In this document: piece by piece, positions 7,622 through 17,010 of the stretch | How positions within the stretch are numbered: the stretch's first letter is position 1 | Layout of the letters: the number at the start of each line of letters is the position of its first letter | Assembly (NCBI GenBank): GCA_018725205.1 | Contig: QLUB01000002.1 | Location: forward strand, 1-34,664 | From: a candidate division NPL-UPA2 bacterium | GTDB lineage: Bacteria; Bacillota; UBA994 | Direction of reading: 5' to 3' | Length of the DNA stretch: 34,664 nt | Notes under the pieces: model-generated | The model's database searches: none | What the model saw: only the letters and a program-made list of their open reading frames with translations | What the model was told of the DNA's origin: nothing | Program-made: the position numbers and the translations under genes

Positions 7622-8491
7622 GTGAAGGGGGCAGTTAAGTTTGTCATTATCACCGGCTTGTCGGGTGCGGGTAAGTCGCAAGCTATAAAAGTGTTTGAGG
7701 ATGCCGACTATTTTTGTGTCGACAACCTTCCTCCTGCCCTTTTGCCTAAGTTTGCGGAGCTCTGCGCGTCCGGCGACACGATACAGCGGGCGGCACTGGT
7801 TATGGACATACGCGGCGGGGAATTCTTCAAGTCGCTCTTTGACGCACTCGCTTACCTTAGTTACCATGAGTGGCCGCATGAAGTGTTGTTTCTGGAAGCA
7901 TCCGAAGAGGTTTTGGTGCGCAGGTTTAAGGAAACGCGACGCAGGCACCCTTTAGCAGGCGAAGGCAGCATTCAGGATGGTATCAGGCGCGAAGTGGAGA
8001 TGCTAGCGGAGATAAAAGGACGGGCGGATAAGATCATCAACACCACCGGCCTCACACCTGCTCAGCTGAAAGAAGAAGTGCAGGCACTCTTCCAAAAAGG
8101 TGAAGCGGGCGGGAAGTTGCAGGTTCGGCTGCTTTCGTTTGGATTTAAGAAGGGCATTCCGCTAGATGCCGACTTTGTGTTCGATTGCCGCTTCCTAGCC
8201 AACCCCCACTACGTGCCCGAGCTAAAGCCGCTCACGGGAACAGACGCCAGAGTCAAACAGTTTGTGTTTGGCGACGAGGCTAGCCACCACTATCTCGCCA
8301 TGATGCAGGAGATGGTAGAGTTCGTTATTCCCCACTGCATAAGAGAAGGTAAGACTCAGTTAGTGGTCGCTATCGGTTGCACCGGGGGCAGGCACCGTTC
8401 CGTAGCTATGGCTGAGGCGCTGAAGGAGAAACTCGTCCTTGCACGCCAGCGGGTGGCGGTGGAGCACCGACACATCGGCGAGGAGGTGTAG
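7622..8491 (+). CDS. rapZ: RNase adapter / nucleotide-binding protein RapZ (YvcJ)
   Basis: GGGAGGTG RBS. Walker A motif ITGLSGAGKS and C-terminal GCTGGRHRSV motif. Confidence 0.92.
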   Translation: MKGAVKFVIITGLSGAGKSQAIKVFEDADYFCVDNLPPALLPKFAELCASGDTIQRAALVMDIRGGEFFKSLFDALAYLSYHEWPHEVLFLEASEEVLVRRFKETRRRHPLAGEGSIQDGIRREVEMLAEIKGRADKIINTTGLTPAQLKEEVQALFQKGEAGGKLQVRLLSFGFKKGIPLDADFVFDCRFLANPHYVPELKPLTGTDARVKQFVFGDEASHHYLAMMQEMVEFVIPHCIREGKTQLVVAIGCTGGRHRSVAMAEALKEKLVLARQRVAVEHRHIGEEV

Positions 8492-8493
8492 CT

Positions 8494-9777
8494 TTGCGCT
8501 TGCTCAAGTGGCTTTACCCGGGGCTACGGGTCAAGCGCTACCTGTTCTTGGCGACGTGCGGCGTTGGCCTAAGCATGGTGGGTTTAGGGCTGTTATGGGG
8601 CCGGAAGCTGCTAGGCTTCCTCGAAGAGCAGCTGTACATATACCTGAAGGCCTCGGCTGGCACGACCGCGCTCTACGTTACCGGTGCGTTGCTTCTGGGT
8701 TTAGGACTGGTCGTGGTCGGAGTAGCGGTAAAGAGCGTGATGCGGTCAATCCTTGAGATCATCACTCCCGAGCAAGAGACTGAACTAGTCGATGTGTTGT
8801 TTAGGAGGCGCTTGCTAAAAAGCGGTCCACGCGTAGTGGCGATTGGCGGTGGTTCTGGGCTATCAGTGCTGCTTAGGGGGATAAAGCACTACACCAGTAA
8901 CATCACCGCCGTCGTCACGGTCTCGGACGACGGCGGCAGTTCGGGACGTTTGCGCGGTGAGATGGGCATACTGCCGCCGGGGGACATTCGCAATTGCGTG
9001 CTAGCCTTAGCCGATACCGAACCGCTGTTAGAAAGCCTGTTCCAGTATCGTTTTAAGGATGGGGAACTTCTGGGGCATAGCTTTGGCAACCTGCTTATTG
9101 CCGCCATGACCGGAGTTACGGGCGACTTCCAGCTAGCTATTAAGGAATTTAGCAAAGTCCTGGCGGTTCGGGGACGAGTATTACCGGTGACCGCCGCGGA
9201 TGTGCGCCTCAGGGCTGAACTTGAAGACGGCTCGGTGGTAGAGGGAGAGACTAACGTGAGTTTGTGCGGTGGCCAAGTGCGGACCCTCGAGCTTGTCCCA
9301 AGCGATGCCGAGGCGCTGCCTGAGGTGCTTAGGGCCATTGCGGAAGCGGATGCCATCTTGCTTGGTCCCGGTAGCCTATATACCTCAGTCATCCCAAACT
9401 TGTTGGTGCGCGGCGTGGGCGAAGCCCTAGCGGCAACTAAGGCACCAAAAATATACATATGCAACGTCATGACCCAACCGGGGGAGACGGAGGGGTTTAC
9501 AGCCTCACAACACGTGTCAGCGATAGAACGCTTCTCGTCGCCGCGCTTAATTGACTGCATAGTCGTCAACAGCGCTAGAGTGCGGGCGCACTTGTTGTCC
9601 AAATATGCGGCAGCTAGTTCCGGCCCGGTGACACTAGATTTCCCGCGTTTGCATCAGCTAGGCGTACGCATAGCCACAGGCGACCTGCTGCACCAAGGCG
9701 ATGTTGTGCGGCACGACCCAGACAAACTGGCGCGCCGTGTGATGCGATTGATATCGTCTACCAAAAAGCTAAATTAA
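8494..9777 (+). CDS. yvcK: YvcK-family gluconeogenesis/morphogenesis factor with an N-terminal ~110-aa two-TM extension
   Basis: TTG at 8494 lies 5 nt after GAGGAGGTG. Core motif VVAIGGGSGLSVLLRGIK...VSDDGGSSGRLR. Hydrophobic stretches at roughly residues 16-36 and 59-79 precede the CofD-like domain. Confidence 0.88.
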   Translation: MRLLKWLYPGLRVKRYLFLATCGVGLSMVGLGLLWGRKLLGFLEEQLYIYLKASAGTTALYVTGALLLGLGLVVVGVAVKSVMRSILEIITPEQETELVDVLFRRRLLKSGPRVVAIGGGSGLSVLLRGIKHYTSNITAVVTVSDDGGSSGRLRGEMGILPPGDIRNCVLALADTEPLLESLFQYRFKDGELLGHSFGNLLIAAMTGVTGDFQLAIKEFSKVLAVRGRVLPVTAADVRLRAELEDGSVVEGETNVSLCGGQVRTLELVPSDAEALPEVLRAIAEADAILLGPGSLYTSVIPNLLVRGVGEALAATKAPKIYICNVMTQPGETEGFTASQHVSAIERFSSPRLIDCIVVNSARVRAHLLSKYAAASSGPVTLDFPRLHQLGVRIATGDLLHQGDVVRHDPDKLARRVMRLISSTKKLN

Positions 9778-9789
9778 AGGAGGGCACAT

Positions 9790-11172
9790 ATGCCAAGACC
9801 GATCCCCACAGCTGAGCCTTTCCGCATCAAGGTTGTAGAGCCGGTTAAGATGACCACGCGCGAGGAGCGCGCCCAAAAAATCACCGCCGCTGGGTTTAAC
9901 CTCTTTGGGCTAAAGTCAACAGAGGTCTATATCGACCTACTCACGGACAGCGGCACCTCAGCCATGAGCGACAACCAGTGGGCGGGCATGATGCTCGGCG
10001 ACGAGGCTTATGCCGGCAGCAAGAACTATTTTAACCTCGAGCGGGCTGTGCAAGAGATAACCGGGTATAGGCATGTGCTGCCTACGCACCAAGGACGCGC
10101 TGCGGAAAACCTGCTGCTGTACGTCATGCTTAAAGAAGGGCAGTTTGTGCCCAACAACATGCACTTTGACACCACTAAAGCGCATGTTCTCCATAAGGGG
10201 GGAGTGCCTGTAGATTTTGTTATGCCTGAGGCCTATAACCCCACATCGCAGCATCCTTTTAAGGGCGACATGGATGTCGCTAAGCTCGACGCTTTCCTCA
10301 CAGAGCACTCAGATGATGTGCCTTTAGTCATGCTTACCGTCACCTGCAACAGTGGCGGGGGGCAGCCGGTGTCGCTAAAGAATATTCGGGCAGTCAGCGA
10401 AGTAGCAAAGAAACACGGCAAACCCTTCTTTATTGACGCTTGTCGTTTCGCGGAAAACGCCTACTTTATTAAGCAGCGCGAACCGGGGTACGAGAGCAAA
10501 ACAATAGCCGAGATTGCCGCCGAGATGTTCTCCTACGCAGACGGCTGCACAATGAGCTCTAAGAAGGATGCACTCGTAAACATCGGCGGCTTCCTAGCCG
10601 TTAATGACCACGCGCTGTATCAGGCGGCGAGTGGGTTAGCGGTACTGTTTGAGGGCTTCCCGACTTACGGCGGCCTAGCCGGGCGCGATATGGAAGCTAT
10701 GGCGAGGGGCCTTTACGAAGTTATTGAGGAGGACTATCTAGCTTACCGCGTGGGGCAAGTTAAGTACCTCGGCGACAAACTTTTGGAATTCGGCGTGCCT
10801 ATTATTGAACCTGTCGGCGGGCATGCGGTGTATCTTGATGCCAAAAGGTTCTTGCCGCACATTCCACAGCACCAGTTCCCTGCCCAAGCACTTGGAGTGG
10901 AGGTGTACATTGAGGGCGGCGTGCGCGGTGTGGAGATTGGCACTAACCTTGCCGGGCGTAACTCTAAGACAGGGGAGCATGACTATCCTAAGCTCGAAAT
11001 GCTCCGCCTGACGATTCCGCGCCGCGTCTACACCAACAGGCATATGGACGTAATTGCGGTTGCCTGCGCTAACGTCTTTGAGCGCCGCGCGGAAATCACA
11101 GGCCTGCGGTACACCTATGAGGCTCAAATCCTCAGGCACTTTACAGCCCGGTTCGAAAAAATCGAGTCTTAG
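9790..11172 (+). CDS. tnaA: Beta-eliminating lyase, most likely tryptophanase (tryptophan indole-lyase)
   Basis: AAAGGAGGG RBS. AEPFRIKVVEP, YIDLLTDSGTSAMSD, PTHQGRAAE and the PLP-Lys region MSSKKDALVNIGG. HFDTT, CRFAENAYFIKQRE and ILRHFTARF resemble tryptophanase more than tyrosine phenol-lyase (FTTT). Confidence 0.8.
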   Translation: MPRPIPTAEPFRIKVVEPVKMTTREERAQKITAAGFNLFGLKSTEVYIDLLTDSGTSAMSDNQWAGMMLGDEAYAGSKNYFNLERAVQEITGYRHVLPTHQGRAAENLLLYVMLKEGQFVPNNMHFDTTKAHVLHKGGVPVDFVMPEAYNPTSQHPFKGDMDVAKLDAFLTEHSDDVPLVMLTVTCNSGGGQPVSLKNIRAVSEVAKKHGKPFFIDACRFAENAYFIKQREPGYESKTIAEIAAEMFSYADGCTMSSKKDALVNIGGFLAVNDHALYQAASGLAVLFEGFPTYGGLAGRDMEAMARGLYEVIEEDYLAYRVGQVKYLGDKLLEFGVPIIEPVGGHAVYLDAKRFLPHIPQHQFPAQALGVEVYIEGGVRGVEIGTNLAGRNSKTGEHDYPKLEMLRLTIPRRVYTNRHMDVIAVACANVFERRAEITGLRYTYEAQILRHFTARFEKIES

Positions 11173-11211
11173 ACTCAGTAGTAGATCTCAGATTTACTTG
11201 GAGGTGCCGCG

Positions 11212-11898
11212 GTGACTATCGGGATCGTCTGCGCCATGCAGGCTGAGCTAGACGTGCTTAGAGACGCCCTCGCCCTACGCGAAATAGGCAGCGGCAGTCC
11301 TTGGGACTTGTATGCCTCACGTGGCGAAAGTGCCATTGCCTTAATCTCGGGTGTCGGCAAGGTCAGTGCGGCTGCGGGCCTAAGTTACTTGCTTTCGCAC
11401 TATAAAGTTACCAAGCTGGTTGGCATCGGTGTGGCCGGCGGCATTGCCGAGGACCTGCGCATTGGAGATATTGTTATCTGCCGCGGCGCAGTGCAGCACG
11501 ACTTAGACCTTACCGCCTTTGGCTATGAACTGGGCATGGTGCCGGGACTGCGCATAAAAGAGTTTAAGGCTGACCGTGCCCTTGTCGCTAAAGCTGTTAC
11601 TGCCGCCGAGGAAATTAGCCTACCCGTGCAGATTAGGCAGGGGCTAGCTTTGACCGGCGACAAGTTTGTGGCCCACGGCGAAGGGGCAAGGTTACGGCAG
11701 TTATATCGCGGCGATTGCGTGGATATGGAGACTGCAGCGTGGGCGCATGTTGCCCACCTCTTTGGCGTACCGTGGGTGGCCATCCGCAGCATTTCGGACC
11801 AAGCTGACGGCGAAGCTCCGGCGAACTTTAAGGAGTTTTTGGGGCATGCGGTGGGGAACATGAGCCAACTTGTACTCAGGCTTCTCGCTTCGATGTAA
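11212..11898 (+). CDS. mtnN: 5'-methylthioadenosine/S-adenosylhomocysteine nucleosidase
   Basis: GTG follows GGAGGTG. IGIVCAMQAE, ISGVGKVSAAAG, VDMETAAWAHVA and IRSISD motifs. Confidence 0.88.
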   Translation: MTIGIVCAMQAELDVLRDALALREIGSGSPWDLYASRGESAIALISGVGKVSAAAGLSYLLSHYKVTKLVGIGVAGGIAEDLRIGDIVICRGAVQHDLDLTAFGYELGMVPGLRIKEFKADRALVAKAVTAAEEISLPVQIRQGLALTGDKFVAHGEGARLRQLYRGDCVDMETAAWAHVAHLFGVPWVAIRSISDQADGEAPANFKEFLGHAVGNMSQLVLRLLASM

Positions 11899-11987
11899 TG
11901 AAAAAAGCGCAAGTACTCTTGTTATGGCAGGAATCGCCTTGCGCTAGCCGAAATTAACGGGGAAGTTTTTTAATAGGGGGCAGGTAC

Positions 11988-13364
11988 TTGAAAGAACTTT
12001 TGCGGCAGGCGCTTTCTGCGTCTACAGCGGACTACTGCGAGATTCGCCTTGAGGAGACCCACGTCACATCCATAGAGTACCGTGGCAAAAACCTAGATCA
12101 ACTCGCACAGCGGCTGCAGTTTGGCGGCAACGTCAGGGCGCTGGTGCATGGCGGTTGGGGATTTGTTTCCTTTAACCGCATCGACGATTTGACTGAAAAA
12201 GTCAGTCAGGCGTGTGAGCAAGCGCGCGCGCTCGGGGCGATTAAGCAAGGCCAGAGTCAGATGGCGGAAGTGCCTGTGGTTGACACCGAAATTAAGACAC
12301 CTATGAAACTAGACCCACGCGCGGTTACTCTGGAGGAAAAGATTAATTTGTTCTCGCGCTACAACGAGTTAATCCTTAATTTCCATCCGTCGATCACAGG
12401 CTCAGTCATTCGTTACTTTGACCGGTACATTAACCTGTATTACGCCAATACGGATGGATCCTACGTAGCGCAAGAGAAATGTGACATCGGGTGCGGCCTG
12501 CGTGCTGTAGCCACACGCGACAGTGTTACGGTAATGGAAGGCGTCAGCACAGGGAGTAATAATGACTTTGGATGCGTACTGAACCTAGAGGACGACTTAA
12601 AGAAGGCTTGCCAACTTACAGTTGACTTGCTCGATGCCCCGACCGTGAAAGGGGGCGAGTACACCGTCATTCTAGACCCCAAGATGGCCGGGCTGTTTGT
12701 ACACGAGGCTTTCGGTCACTTAAGCGAGGCCGACGATATCAGCGAGAATGAGGCTCTGCGCGAGATAATGACGCTTGGCAAAAGGTTTGGCAGCGAGATT
12801 CTGCACATCTACGACACTGGGGTGGACCCCGGCAACCGCGGCACTCTAGTTTATGACGATGAAGGTGTCGCAGCTGAAAAGACTTATTTAGTTAAGGACG
12901 GGGTGCTTGTGGGCAGGCTGCACTCGCGCGAAAGTGCAGCCAAAATGGGCGAAGCCACCACAGGCTCCGCGCGGGCCATGTCGTACACCTTCCCACCCAT
13001 TGTACGTATGCGCACGACTTGCATTGAGGCAGGCACAAGCTCGTTTGAGGACATGGTCAAGGACATCGAGCTTGGTGTGTACGCCCTAGGTGGATACGGC
13101 GGGCAGACCAATGGCGAAATGTTTACCTTTACTGCCGGTCACGGCTACATGATTCGCGGCGGCAAGGTTGCGGAACTAGTTAAAGATGTTGCCCTAAGCG
13201 GCAACGTCTTTACCACGCTTGCTAACATCGATATGGTGGGAAACGACTTTACCTACGATAACAACGCGGGTGGCTGCGGCAAATGGGCGCAGTCGCCACT
13301 ACCCACGAGCGAAGGCTCGCCACACATTCGGGTGCAAAAGGTCGTTATTGGAGGTGCGAGCTAA
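11988..13364 (+). CDS. tldD: TldD-family metalloprotease
   Basis: TTG follows AGGGGG. HExxxH motif FVHEAFGHLSEAD and the glycine-rich C-terminus typical of TldD. Confidence 0.88.
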   Translation: MKELLRQALSASTADYCEIRLEETHVTSIEYRGKNLDQLAQRLQFGGNVRALVHGGWGFVSFNRIDDLTEKVSQACEQARALGAIKQGQSQMAEVPVVDTEIKTPMKLDPRAVTLEEKINLFSRYNELILNFHPSITGSVIRYFDRYINLYYANTDGSYVAQEKCDIGCGLRAVATRDSVTVMEGVSTGSNNDFGCVLNLEDDLKKACQLTVDLLDAPTVKGGEYTVILDPKMAGLFVHEAFGHLSEADDISENEALREIMTLGKRFGSEILHIYDTGVDPGNRGTLVYDDEGVAAEKTYLVKDGVLVGRLHSRESAAKMGEATTGSARAMSYTFPPIVRMRTTCIEAGTSSFEDMVKDIELGVYALGGYGGQTNGEMFTFTAGHGYMIRGGKVAELVKDVALSGNVFTTLANIDMVGNDFTYDNNAGGCGKWAQSPLPTSEGSPHIRVQKVVIGGAS

Positions 13365-14650
13365 TGGAAGCGTTACTGCATAAGGCCCTTAAGCTAGCCG
13401 ACCAGGCCGACGTTTACGCCAAGCAGGCAGTACAGCACGCGGTTTCCTTTCAGGCCAGCAAACTTAAGGACATCACCCACACCGAGGAAGAAGGGTGGAC
13501 GCTGAGGCTGATTAAGGATGGTCGACTTGGCTCGGCTACGACTACCAAACCGGGCAGCTTTGATGTCTTACTCTCCTATGCGTCAAACACAGCCAAACAC
13601 GGCAGCCCTGTGGGGTATACTTTGCCGGGAGCTAGCGCGCTAACCTCGCCGCGCACCTTCGACCCACGCGTCAAAGAAGTTTCACAGGCCGAGATGCTCG
13701 ACATAGCGGCAGATTTGGTGAGCGCGCTAAACGCTTATGACCCGAAAATTAAGGCCTTTGCGGGGGTCGGCAAGAACTTTGGTTCTATAGAGCTCATGAA
13801 CTCCGCAGGGTTTGGGGCTAAGAGTGACGTCAGTGTCTGGAGTGTCTATATGGGGGGCGAGCTCGTTAACGAGGACGGTTTTCTCCAAGTCTACGACTTC
13901 ATCGCCCAGTCCGATTACTCGTCCTGCACTGAGAACATTAAGGGCAAAGTAATCGAGTCCTTCCGCTTAGCAAAAGAGAATGCCAGCATAAAACCGGGGC
14001 AATATCCCGTCATCTTTGCCCCGGGTGAAGTCAGTTGCCTGGTCGACCCGCTCTTAACTTGCCTTAACGGCATGGGTATCTCGCGCGGCTTCTCGCCCTT
14101 TAAGGGACGCATCGGCGAGCTAGCTTTTGACCCGCGCTTTAGCCTCATTGACGATGCCTTAGCCGACGGGGCTGTTGGCAGCAAGGGCTTTGACCGCGAG
14201 GGCCTGCCCACATCGCGCCGCGCCCTAATTGACCAAGGAAGAATTGGGGGTTACTTGCTCGACCTACAGACAGCGCACCTCCTGAACATGCTCCCGACCG
14301 GCAACGGCGGCGGAGCAGGCCCAGTGTCTAACAACACCGTAGTTCCCGGCGGCGACAAATCCTTTAGCGAAATGCTCGCTGGTATCGACGAAGGCGTGCT
14401 TATCGACGGCACCATGGGCGCCTGGGCGGGCAACCCTTATGGCGGTCAAGTTAGCGGCAATATTTCACTCGGGTATAAAATCGAGAAAGGCCAAGTCGTT
14501 GGGCGCATCAAGGACTGCATGTTCTCCGTCAACGTCTTTACTGACCTGCGCGACAACTTGGCAGCTCTGAGCCGCGAGCAACAGTGGCGCGGCAGCACCT
14601 GCTACCCCTACCTGCAACTCGCGAACGTAAACATCTCCACCAAAGGATAA
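13364..14650 (+). CDS. pmbA: PmbA/TldE-family protease partner
   Basis: An in-frame ATG at 13364 overlaps the tldD stop (TAATG). It is homologous in layout to TldD but has no HExxxH motif. The listed 13283 start overlaps tldD by 82 nt and is unlikely. Confidence 0.85.
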   Translation: MEALLHKALKLADQADVYAKQAVQHAVSFQASKLKDITHTEEEGWTLRLIKDGRLGSATTTKPGSFDVLLSYASNTAKHGSPVGYTLPGASALTSPRTFDPRVKEVSQAEMLDIAADLVSALNAYDPKIKAFAGVGKNFGSIELMNSAGFGAKSDVSVWSVYMGGELVNEDGFLQVYDFIAQSDYSSCTENIKGKVIESFRLAKENASIKPGQYPVIFAPGEVSCLVDPLLTCLNGMGISRGFSPFKGRIGELAFDPRFSLIDDALADGAVGSKGFDREGLPTSRRALIDQGRIGGYLLDLQTAHLLNMLPTGNGGGAGPVSNNTVVPGGDKSFSEMLAGIDEGVLIDGTMGAWAGNPYGGQVSGNISLGYKIEKGQVVGRIKDCMFSVNVFTDLRDNLAALSREQQWRGSTCYPYLQLANVNISTKG

Positions 14651-14684
14651 CCCGGGGACGGTTGGCAAAGGCCGCTCCTTCGTC

Positions 14685-15725
14685 CTATTCCGTCAGCAAA
14701 TACGCCACACACAATTTAGCCGTAGCCTCGAGCGCGCTCTTATGGGTGCGCTCGTGTGCGTGGGAGGCGTCGACACCCGGTCCGATTAAAGCGGTGCGCA
14801 CATCGGCACCCGCACGCAGGGCGGCACCGGCATCGGAGCCGTAGAAGGGGTAGATATCCACGGCGTAGGGAAGCTCATGCTGCTCTGCCAGCGCGACTAG
14901 TTGCTGGCGCAGCGCGTAGTCGTATGGCCCGCTCGAATCCTTGGCGCAAATGGACACGTCGTACTCCGTGCAACTTAGCCCTTCACCGATGCAGCCCATG
15001 TCGACGGCTAGGAATTCCGTGGTCTGTAAGGGTGTGCCCACGCTCGCGCCGTGGCCGGTTTCCTCAAAATTAGTGACAAAGAAATGCGTAGTGCGCGCGG
15101 GTATGAGCTTGTTGTCGGCAAAGTATTTGGCGACCCCGAGCAGCACAGCTACCGAGGCCTTGTCGTCGAGGTGGCGCGACTTGACAAAGCCCGAGTCAGT
15201 CACTGTGGTACGCGGGTCTAGAGAGACATAATCCCCGACACCGATGCCCAATTTTATGACGTCGTCTTTGGTCTTAACCACTGCGTCCAGGCGAATTTCC
15301 ATATTGTCGTCGCTGCGCTCTTGCTTGCCGGCATCGGGTCCATAGACGTGGACGGATTGTTTGGTGGTCAAAATGGTTCCGGTGAACTTAGCACCCTTAG
15401 CGGTAATCACGGTGCAGTGCTCGCCCTCCACGGAGTTCATGGTATAGCCGCCGACTTTGGCGAACTTCAACCTGCCGTTGCCCTTAATTTGCTGGATCAT
15501 GCCACCTAGCGTGTCGACATGGGCGCTTAGCAGCCGGTGCTCAGTATCGCTTTTGCCCGGCAGCGTCGCTAACAGCCCGCCTTTGTTAAGCAGCCGTGTC
15601 GATAGCCCGAGCTTGTCAAACTCCCCCTGCAGGTACTCGATGACCAGAGCGGTATACCCTACAGGGCTAGGTGTAGTAGCGATGCGCACAAGCTGACTGA
15701 CGATAAATTCTAGATCGATGTTCAT
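14685..15725 (-). CDS. M42-family glutamyl aminopeptidase / endoglucanase-like peptidase
   Basis: AAAGGAGA RBS. SAHVDTLG, HLDDKASV and FVTNFEETGHGAS metal-ligand motifs of M42. Confidence 0.85.
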   Translation of the reverse strand: MNIDLEFIVSQLVRIATTPSPVGYTALVIEYLQGEFDKLGLSTRLLNKGGLLATLPGKSDTEHRLLSAHVDTLGGMIQQIKGNGRLKFAKVGGYTMNSVEGEHCTVITAKGAKFTGTILTTKQSVHVYGPDAGKQERSDDNMEIRLDAVVKTKDDVIKLGIGVGDYVSLDPRTTVTDSGFVKSRHLDDKASVAVLLGVAKYFADNKLIPARTTHFFVTNFEETGHGASVGTPLQTTEFLAVDMGCIGEGLSCTEYDVSICAKDSSGPYDYALRQQLVALAEQHELPYAVDIYPFYGSDAGAALRAGADVRTALIGPGVDASHAHERTHKSALEATAKLCVAYLLTE

Positions 15726-15760
15726 CTCAAATCTCCTTTCAAATATTGTTTTGCCTTTGC

Positions 15761-16918
15761 CTAGTAGCGCGTTAGCACTCTCGCTAACAACGTGCGCTTA
15801 ATCTCCACCGCATGCTCGGGGCACAGTTCTTGACAGCAGAAGCAGCGGATGCACAGCGCGGAGTTTAGCGCGGGTACATCATTTTTGCGCGCTGTGAGGG
15901 CCTTAGGGGGGCAACTGCGCACGCAGATGCCGCATGAGGTACACTTTGCCTTTACAAAGCGCAGTCTAGGGCGCAAATTGCGGGCGAGAGCTTTTGCGAC
16001 TTGTCTAGGCAGTATTTTTTCAAAGAGGTTGGTGTTTCTAGCGGTTAGGGGGAGCGAAACGTTGTGAGGGGAGAGCGGTGCCCCTACGACAGATACATCC
16101 TCGCTCCTAAGTGGCGCTAGTGGGGGATTGGTCGCTTGCGCTGCCGCAAGCGTTGGCACCTGCTCTGGCCGTAGCCCTAAGATCGCTGCCGCCACCATGT
16201 CCACCGTATGCATGTTTTCCCCCGCCAAAACATAACCCATAAACTTAGGCTTGCCGCCGCTCGGTCCTTCACCCTCCATGATCTCAACAGCGTCCACAAT
16301 CGTAAGCTCCGGCTGTGCTAGTTCGGCAATGCCCACTAGTGCCGCGCAAAAGTCGCGAACTTCTGGCATACGCATGTGGTATTCAATCTTGGTCAAACCG
16401 GGGACCATGCCGAACATGTTCTTTACGGCGCACGTCATTACGGTGAGGCCATGTGTTTTGAGCTTAGGTAGGTTAATCAAGACATCTGCCGCTATCGCCG
16501 GAGCTAAGAGTTTAGCTGAGGTGTGGGGAGCACTCAGTGCTCCATTCACCCTCTGTACACTAGTGTCAAAGTTAAGCAGGGCCCCTGTTTCACGCGCTAC
16601 CGCCGCGAAACCGCATCTTTCATAGGCTAATTTCAGCATGGCGGGGGTATATGGCCCCCCGGGGCTGTCAATAATCAGCGGTATGCCGCCGCAGGCTGAT
16701 ACAAGCTTACACACAGCGTGCACAACTGCGGGGTGGGTCGTAATGGCTCGCTCCGGCGACTTGCCCATCAGCATATTTACTTTAAGCGCCACCTTGAACC
16801 CCGGTCTAATCAACTGTTGAAGTCCATCTGGGTAAATCAGCTGTAAAGCTCTCGCTAATGCTTGCTCGACTTCTTCGGGTGCGTAACTTGGCGTCCGGGT
16901 TACAGCTACACGACTCAC
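15761..16918 (-). CDS. DUF362 domain protein with a C-terminal 2x[4Fe-4S] ferredoxin domain
   Basis: GAGGAGAG RBS before GTG 16918. DUF362-like body and C-terminal CTSCGICVRSCP...CIRCFCCQELCP. Confidence 0.8.
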   Translation of the reverse strand: MSRVAVTRTPSYAPEEVEQALARALQLIYPDGLQQLIRPGFKVALKVNMLMGKSPERAITTHPAVVHAVCKLVSACGGIPLIIDSPGGPYTPAMLKLAYERCGFAAVARETGALLNFDTSVQRVNGALSAPHTSAKLLAPAIAADVLINLPKLKTHGLTVMTCAVKNMFGMVPGLTKIEYHMRMPEVRDFCAALVGIAELAQPELTIVDAVEIMEGEGPSGGKPKFMGYVLAGENMHTVDMVAAAILGLRPEQVPTLAAAQATNPPLAPLRSEDVSVVGAPLSPHNVSLPLTARNTNLFEKILPRQVAKALARNLRPRLRFVKAKCTSCGICVRSCPPKALTARKNDVPALNSALCIRCFCCQELCPEHAVEIKRTLLARVLTRY

Positions 16919-16951
16919 GCCTGCACTCTCCTCTGGACTATCTCATATCTA

Positions 16952-16980
16952 TGGACAAGCGGGCAGGGTTTATGTATCAT
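16952..16980 (+). promoter_or_regulatory. Candidate sigma-A-type glnA promoter
   Basis: TGGACA (16952-16957), 17 nt spacer, TATCAT (16975-16980). If used, it excludes the upstream in-frame ATGs at 16951 and 16972. Confidence 0.3.
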
Positions 16981-17010
16981 AATCGCATTATAGCGGAAAG
17001 GGTGAAGGGT

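Noticed and set aside
8889-9602. A 237-aa antisense ORF inside yvcK. Similar long antisense ORFs lie at 24694-25308 (204 aa, opposite pgk/tpiA), 22270-22761 (opposite the EI-like gene), 29200-29676 and 29384-29881 (opposite hppA), 18539-19033 (opposite the MFS gene) and 23111-23560 (opposite gap).
   Set aside because: Each lies fully inside a gene with unmistakable conserved motifs on the other strand. Their translations are low-complexity and Ser/Ala/Arg/Pro-rich, as expected for open antisense frames in GC-rich coding DNA. None has a convincing RBS.
9790-11172. Calling the beta-eliminating lyase a tyrosine phenol-lyase.
   Set aside because: Both families share most motifs. However, HFDTT (TPL has FTTT), CRFAENAYFIKQRE and the C-terminal RHFTARF agree better with tryptophanase as I recall the sequences. 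I keep it as tnaA with stated uncertainty.
11907-11944. A GCGCAAG...CTTGCGC hairpin between mtnN and tldD as a terminator or riboswitch. Weak 5-6 bp stems at 1048-1083 and 14655-14684 raise the same question.
   Set aside because: The stems are short (5-7 bp) with long loops (18-24 nt) and no U-tract. The regions are too small and featureless to support a riboswitch call.
13283-13363. The upstream start of pmbA, which overlaps tldD by 82 nt. The same issue applies to pgk (23888), gap (22935), hicA (1861), the repeat protein (1118) and the TRAP permease (5247).
   Set aside because: In each case a downstream in-frame start has a GGAGG-type RBS and/or overlaps the previous stop (TAATG/ATGA coupling). 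The extension also lacks homology to the family N-terminus.
16858-17010. The N-terminal extension of the glnA ORF (start 16858), which overlaps the divergent DUF362 gene start.
   Set aside because: The extension has no similarity to GS N-termini and covers the RBS and start of the DUF362 gene. A promoter-like TGGACA-N17-TATCAT lies inside it. GS homology (…IRFVRLQFTDILG) begins only ~15 residues after GTG 17011.
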